Of a stretch of DNA of 50,352 bases, positions 1 to 12,182 are shown one piece after another (the first letter of the stretch is position 1; the number at the start of each line of letters is the position of its first letter). The notes under the pieces are model-generated. The model saw nothing but the letters and a program-made list of their open reading frames with translations, was not told the DNA's origin and searched no databases. The position numbers and the translations under genes were made by a program. The stretch comes from Chiloscyllium plagiosum (taxonomy: Eukaryota), in the NCBI RefSeq assembly GCF_004010195.1, contig NC_057718.1, positions 54,261,585 to 54,311,936 on the forward strand. Reading direction: 5' to 3'.

Positions 1-480
1 TTACACAGATTCTTCAAGCAACAGTCTGACATTATCATAGTTACAGAATTGTACCTTATAGACAATGTCCCAGATACCACCAGCACCATCCTTTGTTATG
101 TCCTGTCCAAGCAGCAAGATAGATCCACCAGAGATGGTGCCACAGTGATATACAAACAGGAGGGTGTTGCCCAGGGGAGTCTTCAACACTGACTCTGAGC
201 CCCATGAAGTCTCATGGTATCAGGTCAAACATGCACTCCACATGATATCAAGAAACAAATGAAGGCACTGGATACTGGAAAGGCATTGGAAGCTGTAAAT
301 ACTAGAAATCTAACAACTTTCCAGCAATAGTACCTGTGTTCCAGAGCGATCTGTATTCCTAGCCAAATTCTCCCAACAATTCTGGCATCTATGCAGCAGT
401 ATGAAAAATTGTCCATGTACATCCTGTCCACAAAAGCCAAACAACTCAAACCTGGCCAATAACCATCAATCATACTTTTA
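1..480 (+). mobile_element. Decayed non-LTR retrotransposon ORF2 fragments (APE endonuclease start and pre-RT region; RTE-X/CR1-group-like family)
   Basis: 1-230 reads as a degenerate endonuclease N-terminus (QQSDIIIVTELYL..NVPDTT...QDRSTRDG). 240-480 matches the DIKK..KALDTGKA...WKI..V.PVHK...ANYRPIS region. Both have stops and frameshifts. Confidence 0.7.
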
Positions 481-489
481 AAAAATTCA

Positions 490-795
490 CTCATAGGCTG
501 TTACTTGTTTGGCCAGCATTTGTTAACGAATCTTTGTTGCCCTTGAGAAGGTGGTGGTGAACTGCCTTCTTGAACCATTGAAGACCATGTGTTATAGGAG
601 ACTCATTATGCCATTATGGAGACAATTCCAGGAATATGAATCAACAATACTAAAGGAATAACAATAGGAATCCAAGTCAGGAGGGTGAATGTCTTGGAGG
701 GGTACTTGCAGTTGATGGTGTTTCCATGTATCTGCTGCATTTGTCCTTCCACGTGGAAGTTGTTTTGGAAGGTGCTGTCTAAGTCAGCACTTTCA
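490..795 (-). mobile_element. Inverted 3'-end fragment of the same LINE family
   Basis: gcccttgagaaggtggtggtgaactgccttcttgaac (about 540-575) is the reverse complement of the family 3' motif seen at 1075-1110 and 7285-7320. Confidence 0.65.
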
Positions 796-799
796 ACAT

Positions 800-1185
800 G
801 CAGTACAGTGGCAGCAGTGTATACCATTTACCAGATGCACCAGATTAACTCACCTAGCCTCCTTTGATTGTACCTTTCAAACCCAAAACCACTACCACTT
901 AGGAGAAGGGCAGCCGATAGATGAGAACACCATCAACTGCAAAATACCCTTCAAGGCTCAAACCTTCCAGACTTGACATTTTTTAACTGCTCTTTCTCTG
1001 TCACTGGGTAAAAATTCTGAATTTCCTTCCCTAATGGCATTGTAGGTCTCCCTGCACCAAATGGACTGCAAACGTTCAAGAAGGTAGTTCACCACCAGCC
1101 TTCTCAAAGACAGCTAGGGATGGGCAATAAATGCCGCCCAGCCAGCGACAACCACATCCCATGAAAGAATATGAATGAAAAAATT
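800..1185 (+). mobile_element. 3' end of the same LINE family
   Basis: Ends ...ccttctcaaagacagctagggatgggcaataaatg...cacatcccatgaaagaatatgaatgaaaaaa; homologous to 7150-7385. Confidence 0.7.
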
Positions 1186-1628
1186 AGAGCTAGGCAGCCA
1201 TATCTCACAAATAAGTGTTAAAAAAGTGTTTCAGTATCAGTCAAAATGTATGCTCTCAGTAACAATAAAACGGTCTGTTCAATCAATGTCACTTTATCAC
1301 AATTTTTTGTGAATTATTGAATTACTATAATTCAGCAAAAGTTTTAAATTATTCTAAGATAAGGATAACATAATATTATGAACATTTATAAAAAGGATAT
1401 GTAAAAATATAATCACAGCATCCATGATCATGCATTCATCAGACAGTACATCATCACATGCTGCAACATCCATGTATGATAACTACAAGGAGATGCTGAA
1501 GAACAGAAGGGAAGGTTTAGAAGGATCGAAGGGAATTCCTCCCCTTTCCAATTTTATTCTGTATGTTCAGACATCTTTAGTCCTATGATATTCACTTGTT
1601 GCTATGGAAGCATGCTCCCTGCAGAGCA

Positions 1629-1739
1629 CTACTTCAGCGAGCATACTTTGTTAATTAATGAAATGGCTTCACGCCAACGCCAAAAATCTTCTGCACTGGT
1701 GACATTATCATTCAATGCATTTTCACCTCGAATCAAATT
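1629..1739 (-). CDS. Candidate terminal coding exon of an unidentified gene (NLIRGENALNDNVTSAEDFWRWREAISLINKVCSLK*)
   Basis: Acceptor tttcag directly upstream; 111 nt open to TAG; minus-strand AATAAA at 1553-1558; unique sequence; phase 0 matches the exon at 10140-10201. No homologue recognised. Confidence 0.5.
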   Translation of the reverse strand, partial: NLIRGENALNDNVTSAEDFWRWREAISLINKVCSLK

Positions 1740-2069
1740 CTGAAACTCTAGTGACAGATACATTCTGTGGCTTTGTGATTAATTAACATGGACCAGAATT
1801 GCTCTAACAATATGAATCAAAATCATTAGTAACTCCTACCAGTGAATTTTAGCTGCAAGCAGCTTCTGTCCAGAAAACTGCTCTGAGGAGTTAATTTCCT
1901 GTCTGGCAGAGGCCATGCCTGGCATTATTTAAATGTCACCAGTTTGTTTCCTTTCTCATAAATGAACATCAGTTGACTTCCTTGGAGGGTGTCTTCAATC
2001 TTCCCTTCAGCTGCTGACCTGGTTTAGCCTGGCAGGAAAGCAACTACAGCTTCCCTGGTCAGGCCTGAA

Positions 2070-2390
2070 CCAAATTCCCCCAGATGAAGCTGGGGTTTGC
2101 CTGTTCTTCTTTCAATGTGGGCAACTACTGTATTCACTATTCGCAATATGGTCTCTCATACATCAAGGAGAACAGGGTGATCATTTTGGGGAACACCTCT
2201 GTTCAGTCTGCAAGTACGACCCTGAGCTTCCAGTTACCCATCATCTCCATTCCCCAACTTGTGGTTGCTCTGCCATCTCTCCCCTGGGCCTGATGCCTTG
2301 ATCCAGTGAGTATCAATGTAAGCTTGAGGAGCAGCAGCTAATCTTCCAACACTGAGTTCAAGAATTTTGGACCATTATCTCTGCCACCCT
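2070..2390 (+). mobile_element. Old Penelope-like element fragment (GIY-YIG endonuclease region)
   Basis: Degenerate FAC.SF...YCIHYSQYGLSYIKE...GDHFGEHLCSV...ELPV, matching the PLE FTCTS.N.VYCI.C..CGL.YIGET..RL..RF.EH pattern. Confidence 0.65.
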
Positions 2391-2886
2391 ATTTTGTGTC
2401 CTTTCCTTTGCATGTTTCAGTTCCTTATTTTCAGTCAATAGCACATCACTTCATACTGAGGCCAGCTCACCTCTGGAAACCTCATGAAGCAGAAAGAATG
2501 GTCACCAAGATGGTCATTCAGTTCCATGTTAAAGCTCTGGGAATTGGAGGTAGAGAGTTAAAAAGGAGACAATCTCTTTGGTGGCATGGGGGGTGGTGGT
2601 ATCAAGGAACATCAGGATGCAGGTAGCTTTGATCAAGGGAAGAGTAAACATTGGGGCAGTGGAGTCTCAATTATGAGGGACTCTTGGAGCAGGTCAGATC
2701 TTACAATGATGAGTTTTACAGTAAGTGGGCGCAAGGATAAAGGCCTTAGGAACAACAGGGACTGTGAACAGGTGATAGCACAGAATGGATGACAGGGTTT
2801 GGTAATCAAACAGCTCAATGAGTAATCTCTCATAGACAGAAGTCATATAACACCAGATTACAGTGCAACAGGTTTACTTGAAATCA

Positions 2887-2920
2887 CACAAGCTTTCAGA
2901 GTACAGCCCCTTCATCAGAT
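2887..2920 (-). ncRNA. Degenerate minimal hammerhead ribozyme motif (PLE terminus)
   Basis: Minus strand: at-CTGATGA-aggggc-tgt-actct-GAAA-gc-TT-gtg; stems partly decayed. Confidence 0.5.
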
Positions 2921-3334
2921 GCAGTGAAAGAGCAGCATGAACATACAAAGTATATAGGCAGAGAGATCAAGGGCAGAGATATCAAAAGACCATATGACTG
3001 TGTGAATGAAGTATTAGATAATACATGTCTGCAGGTGACCAAGCGTGTTGGACGGTGTGGAAACTGTTACAAAGTCAATGTCAGTGCTGTGCTGTCATGA
3101 CAATCAGGCAGAACGATAGGAATATACAAAAGGTGGCATCTCAGGTCTGATACTGAATTGTGAGTGTGAGGCTTTGTTCAGAATCCGTCTGAGTTCATGC
3201 CCGGAATCAGGCTGGTTTTATTCTGAAAGCTGAAATTTATAAGATGCCACATTGAATGACTGTGAATACATATTATGTATTTTTTGAACAAAATAGCATC
3301 TATCTGCAAATAAACATAAACCCCATAGACTTAT

Positions 3335-3545
3335 ATGTGCGCGCGTGTGTGTCTGTGTGAGAGAGAGAGTGTGTGTGTGGGTGTGTTTGAGAGAGAATGT
3401 GTGTGAGTGTGAGAAATTATATATTTCTGAGAGAGTGAGTGTGCGAGAGAAGGTCTGTGAGAGTATGTGTGTGTGTGAGCATGTTTGTGTGGGAGAAAGT
3501 GTGTGTGTTTGTATGCATATGTGTGTGTGTGCATATGTGTGAGAG
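3335..3545. repeat. Compound (TG)n/(GA)n microsatellite inside the PLE 3' region
   Basis: Directly visible TG and GA runs. Confidence 0.9.
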
Positions 3546-5851
3546 TATAATAAGTCATTCAAAACTACAAACTGATGAAGGTAGAATGATCATAACAATT
3601 TATTAAGGTGATGCTGTCAAAACAGGACAGTAAGGAAGGTTTTACAAATACAAAACAGTGTGTTGGCTTTATTTGTAGCGTGACATGAACCCAAGATCAC
3701 AGTTGAGGCAGTCTTCAAGGGTACATAACTTAGCTATCAGTCTGCTCAGCCATTCTGCGTTGTTGTGTATCTCAAAGTTTGTCTTGGAGGACACCTACCT
3801 GAAGATCAGAGGCTGAATGCACTTGACTGTTGAAGTGCTTCCCAACTGGGATGGTGATTGTTGTGCAGTGTCCATTCCTCCATTGTCATAGTGTCTGTAT
3901 GATCTCACCAATATACCATGCCTCGGGGCATCTTTGTCTGCAGCGTGTGAGGTGGACAACATTGGCTGAGTCACATGAGTATCTGCCGTGGTGGGTGGTG
4001 TTCCCATGTGTGATGTTAGTATCCACCTTGATGATCTGATATGTCCTGCAGAGGTGGCCATGGCAGAGTTGTGTGTTGTTGTGGTTGATGTTGCCCTGAA
4101 GGCTGGGTAATTTGCTGCAAACAATTGTCTCTTTAAAGTTTGGCGATTTTTTTTGAAGGCAAGAAGTGGATGCATAGGGAACATCTTGGCAAGATGCTCA
4201 ATATCATCAATGTTGAAGGCTGTGAAGAACACGGTGGAGTTTCTCTGCTCCCAGGAAGTACTGGATGACGAAGAGTGCTCTATGGTCCTGTCCTGTCCTG
4301 TTTCTGTCTTCTGAGGAGATTTTTGGGGTTTTTGTTGTGGCACATCAGAACTGTGAGTTGGGCATCTTATCCCGTTCTTATAAGGGTGTCTTTCAAAACC
4401 TTCAGCTGTGCATCACATTCCTCCTCATTTGAGCAGATCCTGGGTATGTGCACAGCTTGTCTGTAGGGATGACTTCTTTAATAAGTTTATGGTGGAAGCT
4501 AGAGTGTGCAGCATCATGAGGTTATCCGTGGGCTTGCGACAGAGTGAGGTACTGAGGTGTCCATCCCTGATGAAGATGTATGCATCCAAGAATGAAACTG
4601 ATTCTGAGGGGTAGTCCATGGTAGGTCTGATAGTGGGATAAAACTTGTTGATATTGCTATGTAGTTGTTTCAGTGATTCCTTGCCATGAGTCCAAAGGGA
4701 GAAAATGTCATCAATGTATCTGGTTTACAGGTTTGTCGGAGATCCTGCACAACAAAGAAGTCTTGCTTGAACTTGCGCTTGAAAATGTTGGTGTATTGGG
4801 GTGCAAATTTAGTCCCCTTAGCTGTTCCATGTGTCTGGCTGAAGAACTGGTTGTTGAAAGTGAAGACACTGCGGTCAAGAATGAAGCAGATGTGTTGTAG
4901 GATGGTGCCTGAAGATTAACCGTTGGTGTTGAGTACTCAGGCTGTTGTAGCGATGTCATCATCATGGAGTCTCATAGAGGCTTAGTCATACAGCAGGAAA
5001 GCAGACCTTTTGGTCCAACTAATCCACACCAACTATGTTCCCAAACTAAACTGGTCCCATCCGCTGCATTTGGCACACTTCCCTCCAAATCCAATTCATG
5101 GACTTATCCAAATGACTTTTAAATGATGTAACTGTACTTGCATCCATCACTTTCTCTGGCAATTCATTCCACACACTAACCACTCTCTGTGTAAAATAAT
5201 TCCCTCTCTTGTCCTTTTGAACTCTTTCTCCTCTCACCTAAAAAAATGTTCCCTAGTTTTGAATTATTCTGCCTTAGGGAAACAAACTTTGGTAATCACC
5301 TTATTCATACCCCTCATGTTTTTATAAATCTCCCATGCTCCAATGAAAGGAAGTCCCAGCCTATCCAGCCTATTTTTATAACTCAAGCCCTCAATTCCCA
5401 GAAAAATCCTGGCAAAACTTTTCTGAATCCTCTTCAGTTTAATAATATCCTTTCTATAGCAGGATGACCAGAACTGCACACAGTATTCCAGAAGAGGCCA
5501 CACCAATGTCCTGTACAATCTCAACATGACTTCCTAACTCCTATATTCAAAGGTCGGAGAAATGAAGGCAAGCATGCTAAATGCCTTCTTAACCACCTGT
5601 GACCCGAATTATGTATCTGAAACCCCAAGTCTCTCTGTTCTACAATATTACCAAGACCTTACCATTAATCGTATAAGTCCTGCCTTTCTTTGGTTTACTG
5701 AAATGCAATACCTCACATTTATCCAAATTAAACTCCATCCGCCACTCCTCAGCCCATTGGCCCAGTTGATCAAAATCTACTTGTAATCTTAAATGATCTT
5801 TTTCACTGTCCCACTACACCACCAATATTGGTGTCATCTGCAAACTTACTA

Positions 5852-6035
5852 GAGTCAAGATTAGAGTGGTGCTGGAAAAACACAGCTGGTCAGGCAATAT
5901 CCGAAGAGCAGAAAAATCGACGTTTCGGCAAAAGCCCTTCATCAGGAATGGGCTTTTGCCCGAAGTGTCGATTTTCCTGCTCATCCTACTCTAATCTTGA
6001 CTCTAATCTCCAGTATCTGCAGTACTCACTTTTGC
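5852..6035. mobile_element. Short palindromic PLE-terminus insertion with 14-bp TSD
   Basis: CTGCAAACTTACTA at 5838-5851 and 6036-6049. Arms gagtcaagattagagt / actctaatcttgactc and aatcgacgtttcggcaaaagccc / gggcttttgcccgaagtgtcgatt are inverted. Confidence 0.85.
5915..5949 (-). ncRNA. Minimal hammerhead ribozyme motif
   Basis: Minus strand: attc-CTGATGA-agggc-tttt-gcc-GAAA-cg-TC-gatt. Confidence 0.7.
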
Positions 6036-6494
6036 CTGCAAACTTACTAACCATAATTCCTATATTCTCATCTATACCATTTATATAAATTGCAATCAAA
6101 AGTGGATCCAATCCCAATCCCAGTGATACACCGCTGGTCAAAGGCCTTTAGTCCAAAAAGCAATCCTCTACCACCACCCTCTGTCTCCTACCATCAAGAC
6201 AATTTTCTATCCAATTGGCAAGCTCACCCTGAATCCCATGTGATGTAACTTTACTCCATGACTTTCCCTAAGTTTGTTGTACAGTACTCTTTCAAACTCG
6301 TAGAAAGAGCTGCACACCCAGTACAAGGAGATTTGATGGGGTAAGGCATGTGGACAAATGAAGGACATTGTATTAATCTGGAGTCCAAACAATCAGATGA
6401 ACTACTGCAGGAGAGAGAGAGAGAACCTGCATAGTTACTGCCTTTGGTGTTTGAATTCGTGTATCACTGGAGATTGGAGTGCATCTGGGAAAAT

Positions 6495-6758
6495 TATAAA
6501 AGAGACCTACGGGGCAACTTTTTCACACAGAGGGTGGTATGTGTATGGAATGAACTGCCAGAGGAAGTGGTGGAGGCTGGTACAATTGCAACATTTAAGA
6601 GGCATTTGGATGGGTATATGAATAGGAAGGGTTTGGAGGGATATGGACCGAGTGTTGGCAGGTGGGACTAGATTGGGTTGGGATATCTGGTCGGCATGGA
6701 CAGGTTGGACCGAAGGGTCTGTTTCCATGCTGTACATCTCTATGACTCTATGGCTCTA
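6495..6758 (+). mobile_element. CR1 LINE 3' end
   Basis: RDLRGNFFTQRVVCVWNELPEEVVEAGTIATFKRHLD, followed by the 3' UTR and ctctatgactctatgg tail. Confidence 0.9.
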
Positions 6759-7149
6759 CCCTAAGTTGTTACCATGCTGGCAAATTGACAATACACAAGG
6801 CATCACATTCCAACAGGATCTCCTAAAGTCATTTATCGCCAAATAGTATTTTCAGCTTTTGCCACCTCATGGTCTCTCAGGAATGCATTAACAATGCAAT
6901 AAGGGAGACAAATGCAATCTATAAGCTGCACCATTTGTAAAGGTCAACCAATGGAAGGACTGTAAGTTTCAGGTGTCACTGTCACACGAGGGGAAGAGTG
7001 AAAAGAGGTGGAACAAGTTAGGTGAGGGTCGGTGATGGTGTCTGCCAGTTACATAGTGCTGAGGGTCTGCAGCATTCTGCTTAAACTTCCCTGAAAAGAA
7101 GCTGACTATTGCTTTCAGTACCCTGAGCAAAGTGCACTACCATCATGTA

Positions 7150-7385
7150 GACCATCCCCCTCAAGCCACTCACCATCCTGACTTGGAAATATATTGCTAT
7201 TCCTTCACTGTCCATGGGACAAAGTCCTGGAATTCCTTCCCTAACCCCATTTTAAGTCAACCTATAGCATATAGACTGCAGCAGTTCAGAAAGGATCGCA
7301 CCACTACCTTCTCAAGGGCAACTAGGAACAGACAATTAAGTGCTGGCCAGCTAGCGATGACCACATCCCATGAGGGAATAAATGA
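7150..7385 (+). mobile_element. 3' end of the LINE family seen at 800-1185
   Basis: ccccctcaagccactcaccatcctgacttggaaatatattgc...ccttctcaagggcaactagg...cacatcccatga. Confidence 0.7.
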
Positions 7386-8659
7386 CGTTGCTATCTCTGG
7401 AAATCTCCTTCAAGTGACACAATAATGGTAGAGATCAGCCCTGCCATTCTCCAATTTTCTTCTGTCTCAGTGGAAACTACAGACATCACCTGCACCAATG
7501 GAAACAGGAACTGCAGCAGCAGAACCCAGCAAAGCTGTAGACCAGGCTAACGACATCAGATAAAGACCAGACTATACAAGAGGGCTCACATAAAGGCAAA
7601 CATTAGTGGAAACCACAACCCCGGAGTTTCAATATAGCAATCTGCCAATAACAATCTGTCAGTGTTAACAGTGTCTCCTATGTCTGCCAGCCTCTGGATG
7701 AGTGCCTGCACGTTCATCAACCAGGAGGGACTCTCATTCCGATTTCCTTGAAAATATCAACAAGCCTCAATTTCACAGCCAGTGGATCATTGGAAGGTCT
7801 TCTGTGGAATCTCATAGATATTGTGGGAGAAAAACAAACCACTCTGCCTGCCCACCACTTGCTCACAGAAGCCATGTCTGTTCTTAGCCAAACAGAGCCT
7901 ATCCATAATGCCACTGACATCTCAACTTGACCACACTCAGCTCAGGAGCTAACAGTGAAATGAGACATTACCTAAGCAGTTTCCTGACTGAAGGAATACA
8001 CTATTAGATGATCTGTTAACTGGTTATCCGACCTCACAATAGTATCACTGCTCCTGAAACCTCAAGGGCATTCCCTGTCTCCCCAGGTCCCCACAAAGCC
8101 CATGCAGACTAGGTGGCACCAATTACCTGACAATAATGAACACTATTCTAGGGACCTACTGAAGCCAGGGTACTAGCCATTAGCACCCGTTTCTGCAGAT
8201 TAGCTAAACCTCCTGTTACAATTGTTAACTGATGAAAACTACTGGACAAGCAATTATTTTCTATTAACTGTAATTGAAACTGCACTGTATTGTAATTAAT
8301 ATTGCACTACTGTAACCCGAGAAGAACTGTCTGTACCTGAAGATCGGGGAAGAGAACCCTTGACTTAACTGTGCAAAGTGTCAGTTTTGCTTCAGTCCAG
8401 CCAATTCTTCTTCCCCACAATATCGTGAGAAATAAACCAGTGTTTGGCAATTTCACAAGATCTGTTTGTGGCCTCTATTTGTAAGTGGACAGTTCCCTAA
8501 TAGTTATCCAATCATGAGTATACCTGAGATGTTCCTAATAGTTTCTTTATTAAGTCTTACCTATTTATCGATTTCCCCTGGAGTTCTGGAAACAGGCAGT
8601 CAGGGCAGGACACTTTGCTTCTGTCGCAACATTTCCTCAGGGGAACAGTGCAAGTAACT

Positions 8660-9100
8660 GTGGCCACATAGACCTCGCAGCACACTAACAGCAACCAATG
8701 TCCATGGATAGGAAAGACATCCCCAAGCATGTACAGATCATCAGTGACCACACCCAATAAACAATGCAGGTTATCTAGGAAGCCTATATTCTGGAACAAC
8801 CATTGGTGCCTCCATCTTTCAGCCCCTCGGCACACATAGGGATAGTTGGTCTGCAACAGGGGTTACATCTCAAGCCCTGACTGATGATACCATTCAGGGA
8901 TCCTCAGATTTGTCCTGTAGCGAGCATATGCTGTACATGTCCCTCACAAGGTTCCTGAAGAGCAGGTTCAAATGCTTGTACAGGTCAGATAGTGCAATGC
9001 TGTACATCCCAGATGGATTGTCCTCATATTGTTTGCTGAGCCATACTCAACCTCAGTTGACAAAGGTGGACTGCCTTCTAAGAGGTAGAGATGAATAAGC
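8660..9100 (+). mobile_element. PIF/Harbinger transposase remnant (HARBI1-like DDE core)
   Basis: DRKDIPKHVQIISDH resembles NRKGFHSINVQLVCDH; ...LKP*LMIPFR resembles GDKGYPLKPWLMTP; LKSRFKCLYRSDSAMLYIP resembles LKMRFRCLDRSGGALQYSP. Confidence 0.75.
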
Positions 9101-9499
9101 AGTGTTTTCTCTGAGGTTGGTGGTGATGATCTGGAGATGGCCCAGGAGGACTCTCCTAGACACCTAGATGACAGGCTTCTGGTGTAATGAGCTAAAGAGG
9201 CACATGACCACCTCATTGCCACCTGCTTCTAGGGTCCTGGGCTCTGTCAACATGTTTCTGTTTGCAACAGACTGGCTGGCTTCCTGCTCGATTCAATGCA
9301 TCTCAATGATCGAGAAACATTTCATTTTACAGCATTATTTGGAATAACAGCAGTTATTCTTTCTGTCTGTTTCTGATATAATCATTTTGATGCAGGAAGC
9401 TTAGCTGAGTGATCTTGATTGTTAATAGGTGGATGATTGAGGTGAAGAGAGTTGATCAATGGGTGAATTGCAATTGCATGTTATGTCATTTGAATATGC

Positions 9500-9790
9500 C
9501 TTCATTTACCTTCACAGCTCAGGTCAGAATTTTAAACTTTTCCTGCACTACATCTGTGCTCTAGGAATTAAGCACCTGGCATTTTCTCTTCGTGAGCATC
9601 TGTGAGCAAAATCAGAATGTTTCTTCTTCTCTCCAAGACAATCTTGCAGAAAGACAACTAGTGTATTGTCAGGAAATCGTGACGATCATGTTCTTGCATG
9701 AAAAACCACTCGTCACTTTTCAGAATAGCTGCCATCTCATGCAGCCACAATGCATCACCAGTTTAAGAGATGCAGGCTGCCTTTAAATAG
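9500..9790 (-). mobile_element. Harbinger Myb/SANT-like accessory gene remnant, convergent with the transposase
   Basis: Minus strand NARCLIPRAQM*CRK(frameshift)FKILT*AVK followed by gtaaat, resembling VNA.S..PR...QCRKKFNDL; TATA-like ctatttaaag upstream. Confidence 0.55.
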
Positions 9791-10139
9791 CACTAGTGAC
9801 TTGTGATAATCATGCTCCCTGCTGTTGTGTGCAACAATGAATAGAGAGAGATAGTGCAGGTTGGATACAGCAATCAATGAAAACAGCAGGAGCATAGATT
9901 TAGGGTGTAGCCTCCTGCATATCAATGAGCAAGCATGTTATTAACTGCCAATTGCAAAACCCAGTCTTATTTTTTGGGGCCTTATCCAATTTAATCCCTT
10001 ATATTTGCTGTAAATGTAGATGCAGTTGGTAACCCAGACTCCTTAAGCAGTTGTCACCTTAACTATTTTAGTTCTGCTTTCTTTCATTTTTGAGCTTTAA
10101 TATGGAATCCCACTTATTACGATGTTAGAAATCACTCAC

Positions 10140-10201
10140 AACAAAATGCCTTGGATTTGCTCCCTTCACTGACATTACTTGGCAAATATGCACCAATAAC
10201 C
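10140..10201 (-). CDS. Candidate internal exon (phase 1 to 0): (G)LLVHICQVMSVKGANPRHFV
   Basis: Acceptor ctttttcatttgtaaacag, donor gtgagt, 62 nt open; joins 1629-1739 in frame. Confidence 0.55.
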
Positions 10202-11443
10202 CTGTTTACAAATGAAAAAGAGCTTTCCCACCATGTTTTCAGAAAGTAGTGCTAGCAAATTATAAGGAGATTCAAATTATCACACTTACAATGGCAGTAT
10301 GAAATGAATAGAAGTTTGAGGATGACACCTATCTCAAGCTGAGGATTCAACAAACCCAGAATACATCTATGGTTGCATTGATTGGTGCAAGATGTGGAAT
10401 AATAAATTGTTGGATTGCATAATGATAGGACATGGAGTAATGAATCCAAGGCTTGTGTGGAGATACCATGGGAAATAATGAATCATTAGGTTCCTTTGCA
10501 GGCAATAAAGTATTTTGAAGCAAGTGTCAAAATCTCACAAAGGCATAGGCTATTTCTAATTTATTCTCAGGTTAAGGTGACATCAAGTATACAGTGAGAT
10601 AAACTTCAAGCAAGGCAAAATAAACATTCCAGAAAGGAGCAGAGCATGGAATTAGTGAAATACTTTAAGGCCAGTAAGTTTTCAAAGGAGGGTAAATTGT
10701 CTCTTCCCTCTAAACCTCACAGGGACACAAGCATTGATGAGGAGTTTGCCGCAAGGCCAAAGAAAAACAATGCTGCAGAACCCAAACAAAGAATGGCATG
10801 GATCATCCAAATAGTCAAAGCCAAACTTATCCTGGAGGATGCACATTGTCTACCTGATAATTGCTCATGATATTAAATTCTCTAATTACCTGATATCAGG
10901 CACTGTCCACAACTTGCTTATTATATTAGTTTGCCAGTGTTATCAACCAGTCTCGAGGAGAGATTCCAAAATTTGTCACAGTTCCAAATGACATACCCTA
11001 CATCATTAAGGTCCCTGGTGAAAAGGGATGAACTGACTCCCCATTTCTGTTCACTCATCCCTCATTTGCTCATGTCAAGGTTAATTTATCCTGCCCCCTG
11101 TAAAAACTCCCACAGCTACCTGGACTACACCTCCTCCCATCCTGCCCCCTGTAAATGCTCCCACGAGGAAGTTGAACAGTTCATCCACTTCACCAACACC
11201 TTCCACCCCGACCTCAAATTCACCTGGACAGTCTCAGATTCCTCCCTCCCCTTCCTCGACCTTTCTATTTCTATCTCAGGCGACCGAATCAACACGGACA
11301 TCTACTACAAACCGACCGACTCCCACAGCTAACTGGACTACACCTCCTCCCATCCTGCCCCCTGTAAAAACGCCATCCCATTCTCCCAATTCCTTCGACT
11401 CCGCCGCATCTGCTCCCAGGAGGACCAGTTCCAAAAAAGCACA

Positions 11444-11619
11444 NNNNNNNNNNNNNNNNNNNNNNNNNNNNNNNNNNNNNNNNNNNNNNNNNNNNNNNNN
11501 NNNNNNNNNNNNNNNNNNNNNNNNNNNNNNNNNNNNNNNNNNNNNNNNNNNNNNNNNNNNNNNNNNNNNNNNNNNNNNNNNNNNNNNNNNNNNNNNNNNN
11601 NNNNNNNNNNNNNNNNNNN
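11444..11619. other. Assembly gap (176 N)
   Basis: Run of N. Confidence 1.
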
Positions 11620-11857
11620 GGAAACTCGGATTTCACCAGTTTCCTCATTTCCCCTCCCCCCACCTTGTCTCAGTATAATCCATCGAATTCAGCACCGCCT
11701 TCCTAACCTGAGATCTTCTTCCCGACCTCTCCGCCCCCACCCCAGTCTGGCCTATTACCCTCACCTAGACCTCTTTCTACCTATCACATTTCCGACGCCC
11801 CTCCCCCAAGTCCCTCCTCCCTACCTTTTATCTTAGCCTGCTGGACAAACTTTCCTC

Positions 11858-11893
11858 ATTCCTGAAGAAGGGCTTATGCCCGAAACGTCGATT
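11858..11893 (+). ncRNA. Minimal hammerhead ribozyme motif, copy 1 of a tandem pair
   Basis: attc-CTGAAGA-a-gggc-ttat-gccc-GAAA-cg-TC-gatt; perfect 4-bp stem II. Confidence 0.75.
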
Positions 11894-12182
11894 CTCCTGT
11901 TCCCTGGATGCTGCCTGACCTGCTGCGGAGTTGAAGGAATTGGGAGAATGGGATGGCGTTTTTACAGGGGGCAGGATGGGAGGAGGTGTAGTCCAGGTAG
12001 CTGTGGGAGTCGGTCGGTTTGTAGTAGATGTCAGTGTTGATTCGGTCGCACCTCTCCGCCCCCACCCCAGTCTGACCTATCACCCTCACCTTGACCTCTT
12101 TCCACCTATCACATTTCCGACGCCCCTCCCCCAAGTCCCTCCTCCCTACCTTTTATCTTAGCCTGCTGGACAAACTTTCCCC

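Larger units (their letters stand above)
2834..4965 (-). mobile_element. 5'-truncated Penelope-like retroelement (RT C-terminal part, GIY-YIG endonuclease, 3' region with microsatellite and hammerhead)
   Basis: ORF 4425-4619 DYPSESVSFLDAYIFIRDGHLSTSLCRKPTDNLMMLH is PLE RT. About 3900-3980 encodes CDSANVVHL.RCRQ.CPEAWYIGE. The terminus is homologous to 23130-23252, 27099-27224 and 34805-34890. Confidence 0.85.
4966..6260 (-). mobile_element. CR1 LINE 3' portion (RT C-terminus and 3' UTR), interrupted by a PLE fold-back
   Basis: LYRTLVWPLLEYCVQFWS, FTQRVVSVWNELP and SKFADDT on the minus strand; tandem ctctatga-type tail near 4966-4990. Confidence 0.9.

Noticed and set aside
2440..2830. Possible L2-like fragment on the minus strand
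   Set aside because: Similarity too faint to support by eye.
3218..3562. His/Thr-rich and Cys/Val-rich ORFs (also 22567-22815 and 35178-35535)
   Set aside because: Translations of CA/TG microsatellites, not proteins.
3795..4343. 182-aa minus-strand ORF
   Set aside because: Largely an off-frame reading of a decayed PLE coding region.
8160..8650. LTR-like segment (TG start, AATAAA near 8431)
   Set aside because: I could not find a matching CA end with a TSD.
10646..10870. 74-aa ATG ORF on + in non-repeat sequence
   Set aside because: No recognisable motif or supporting splice or promoter context; the length is expected by chance.
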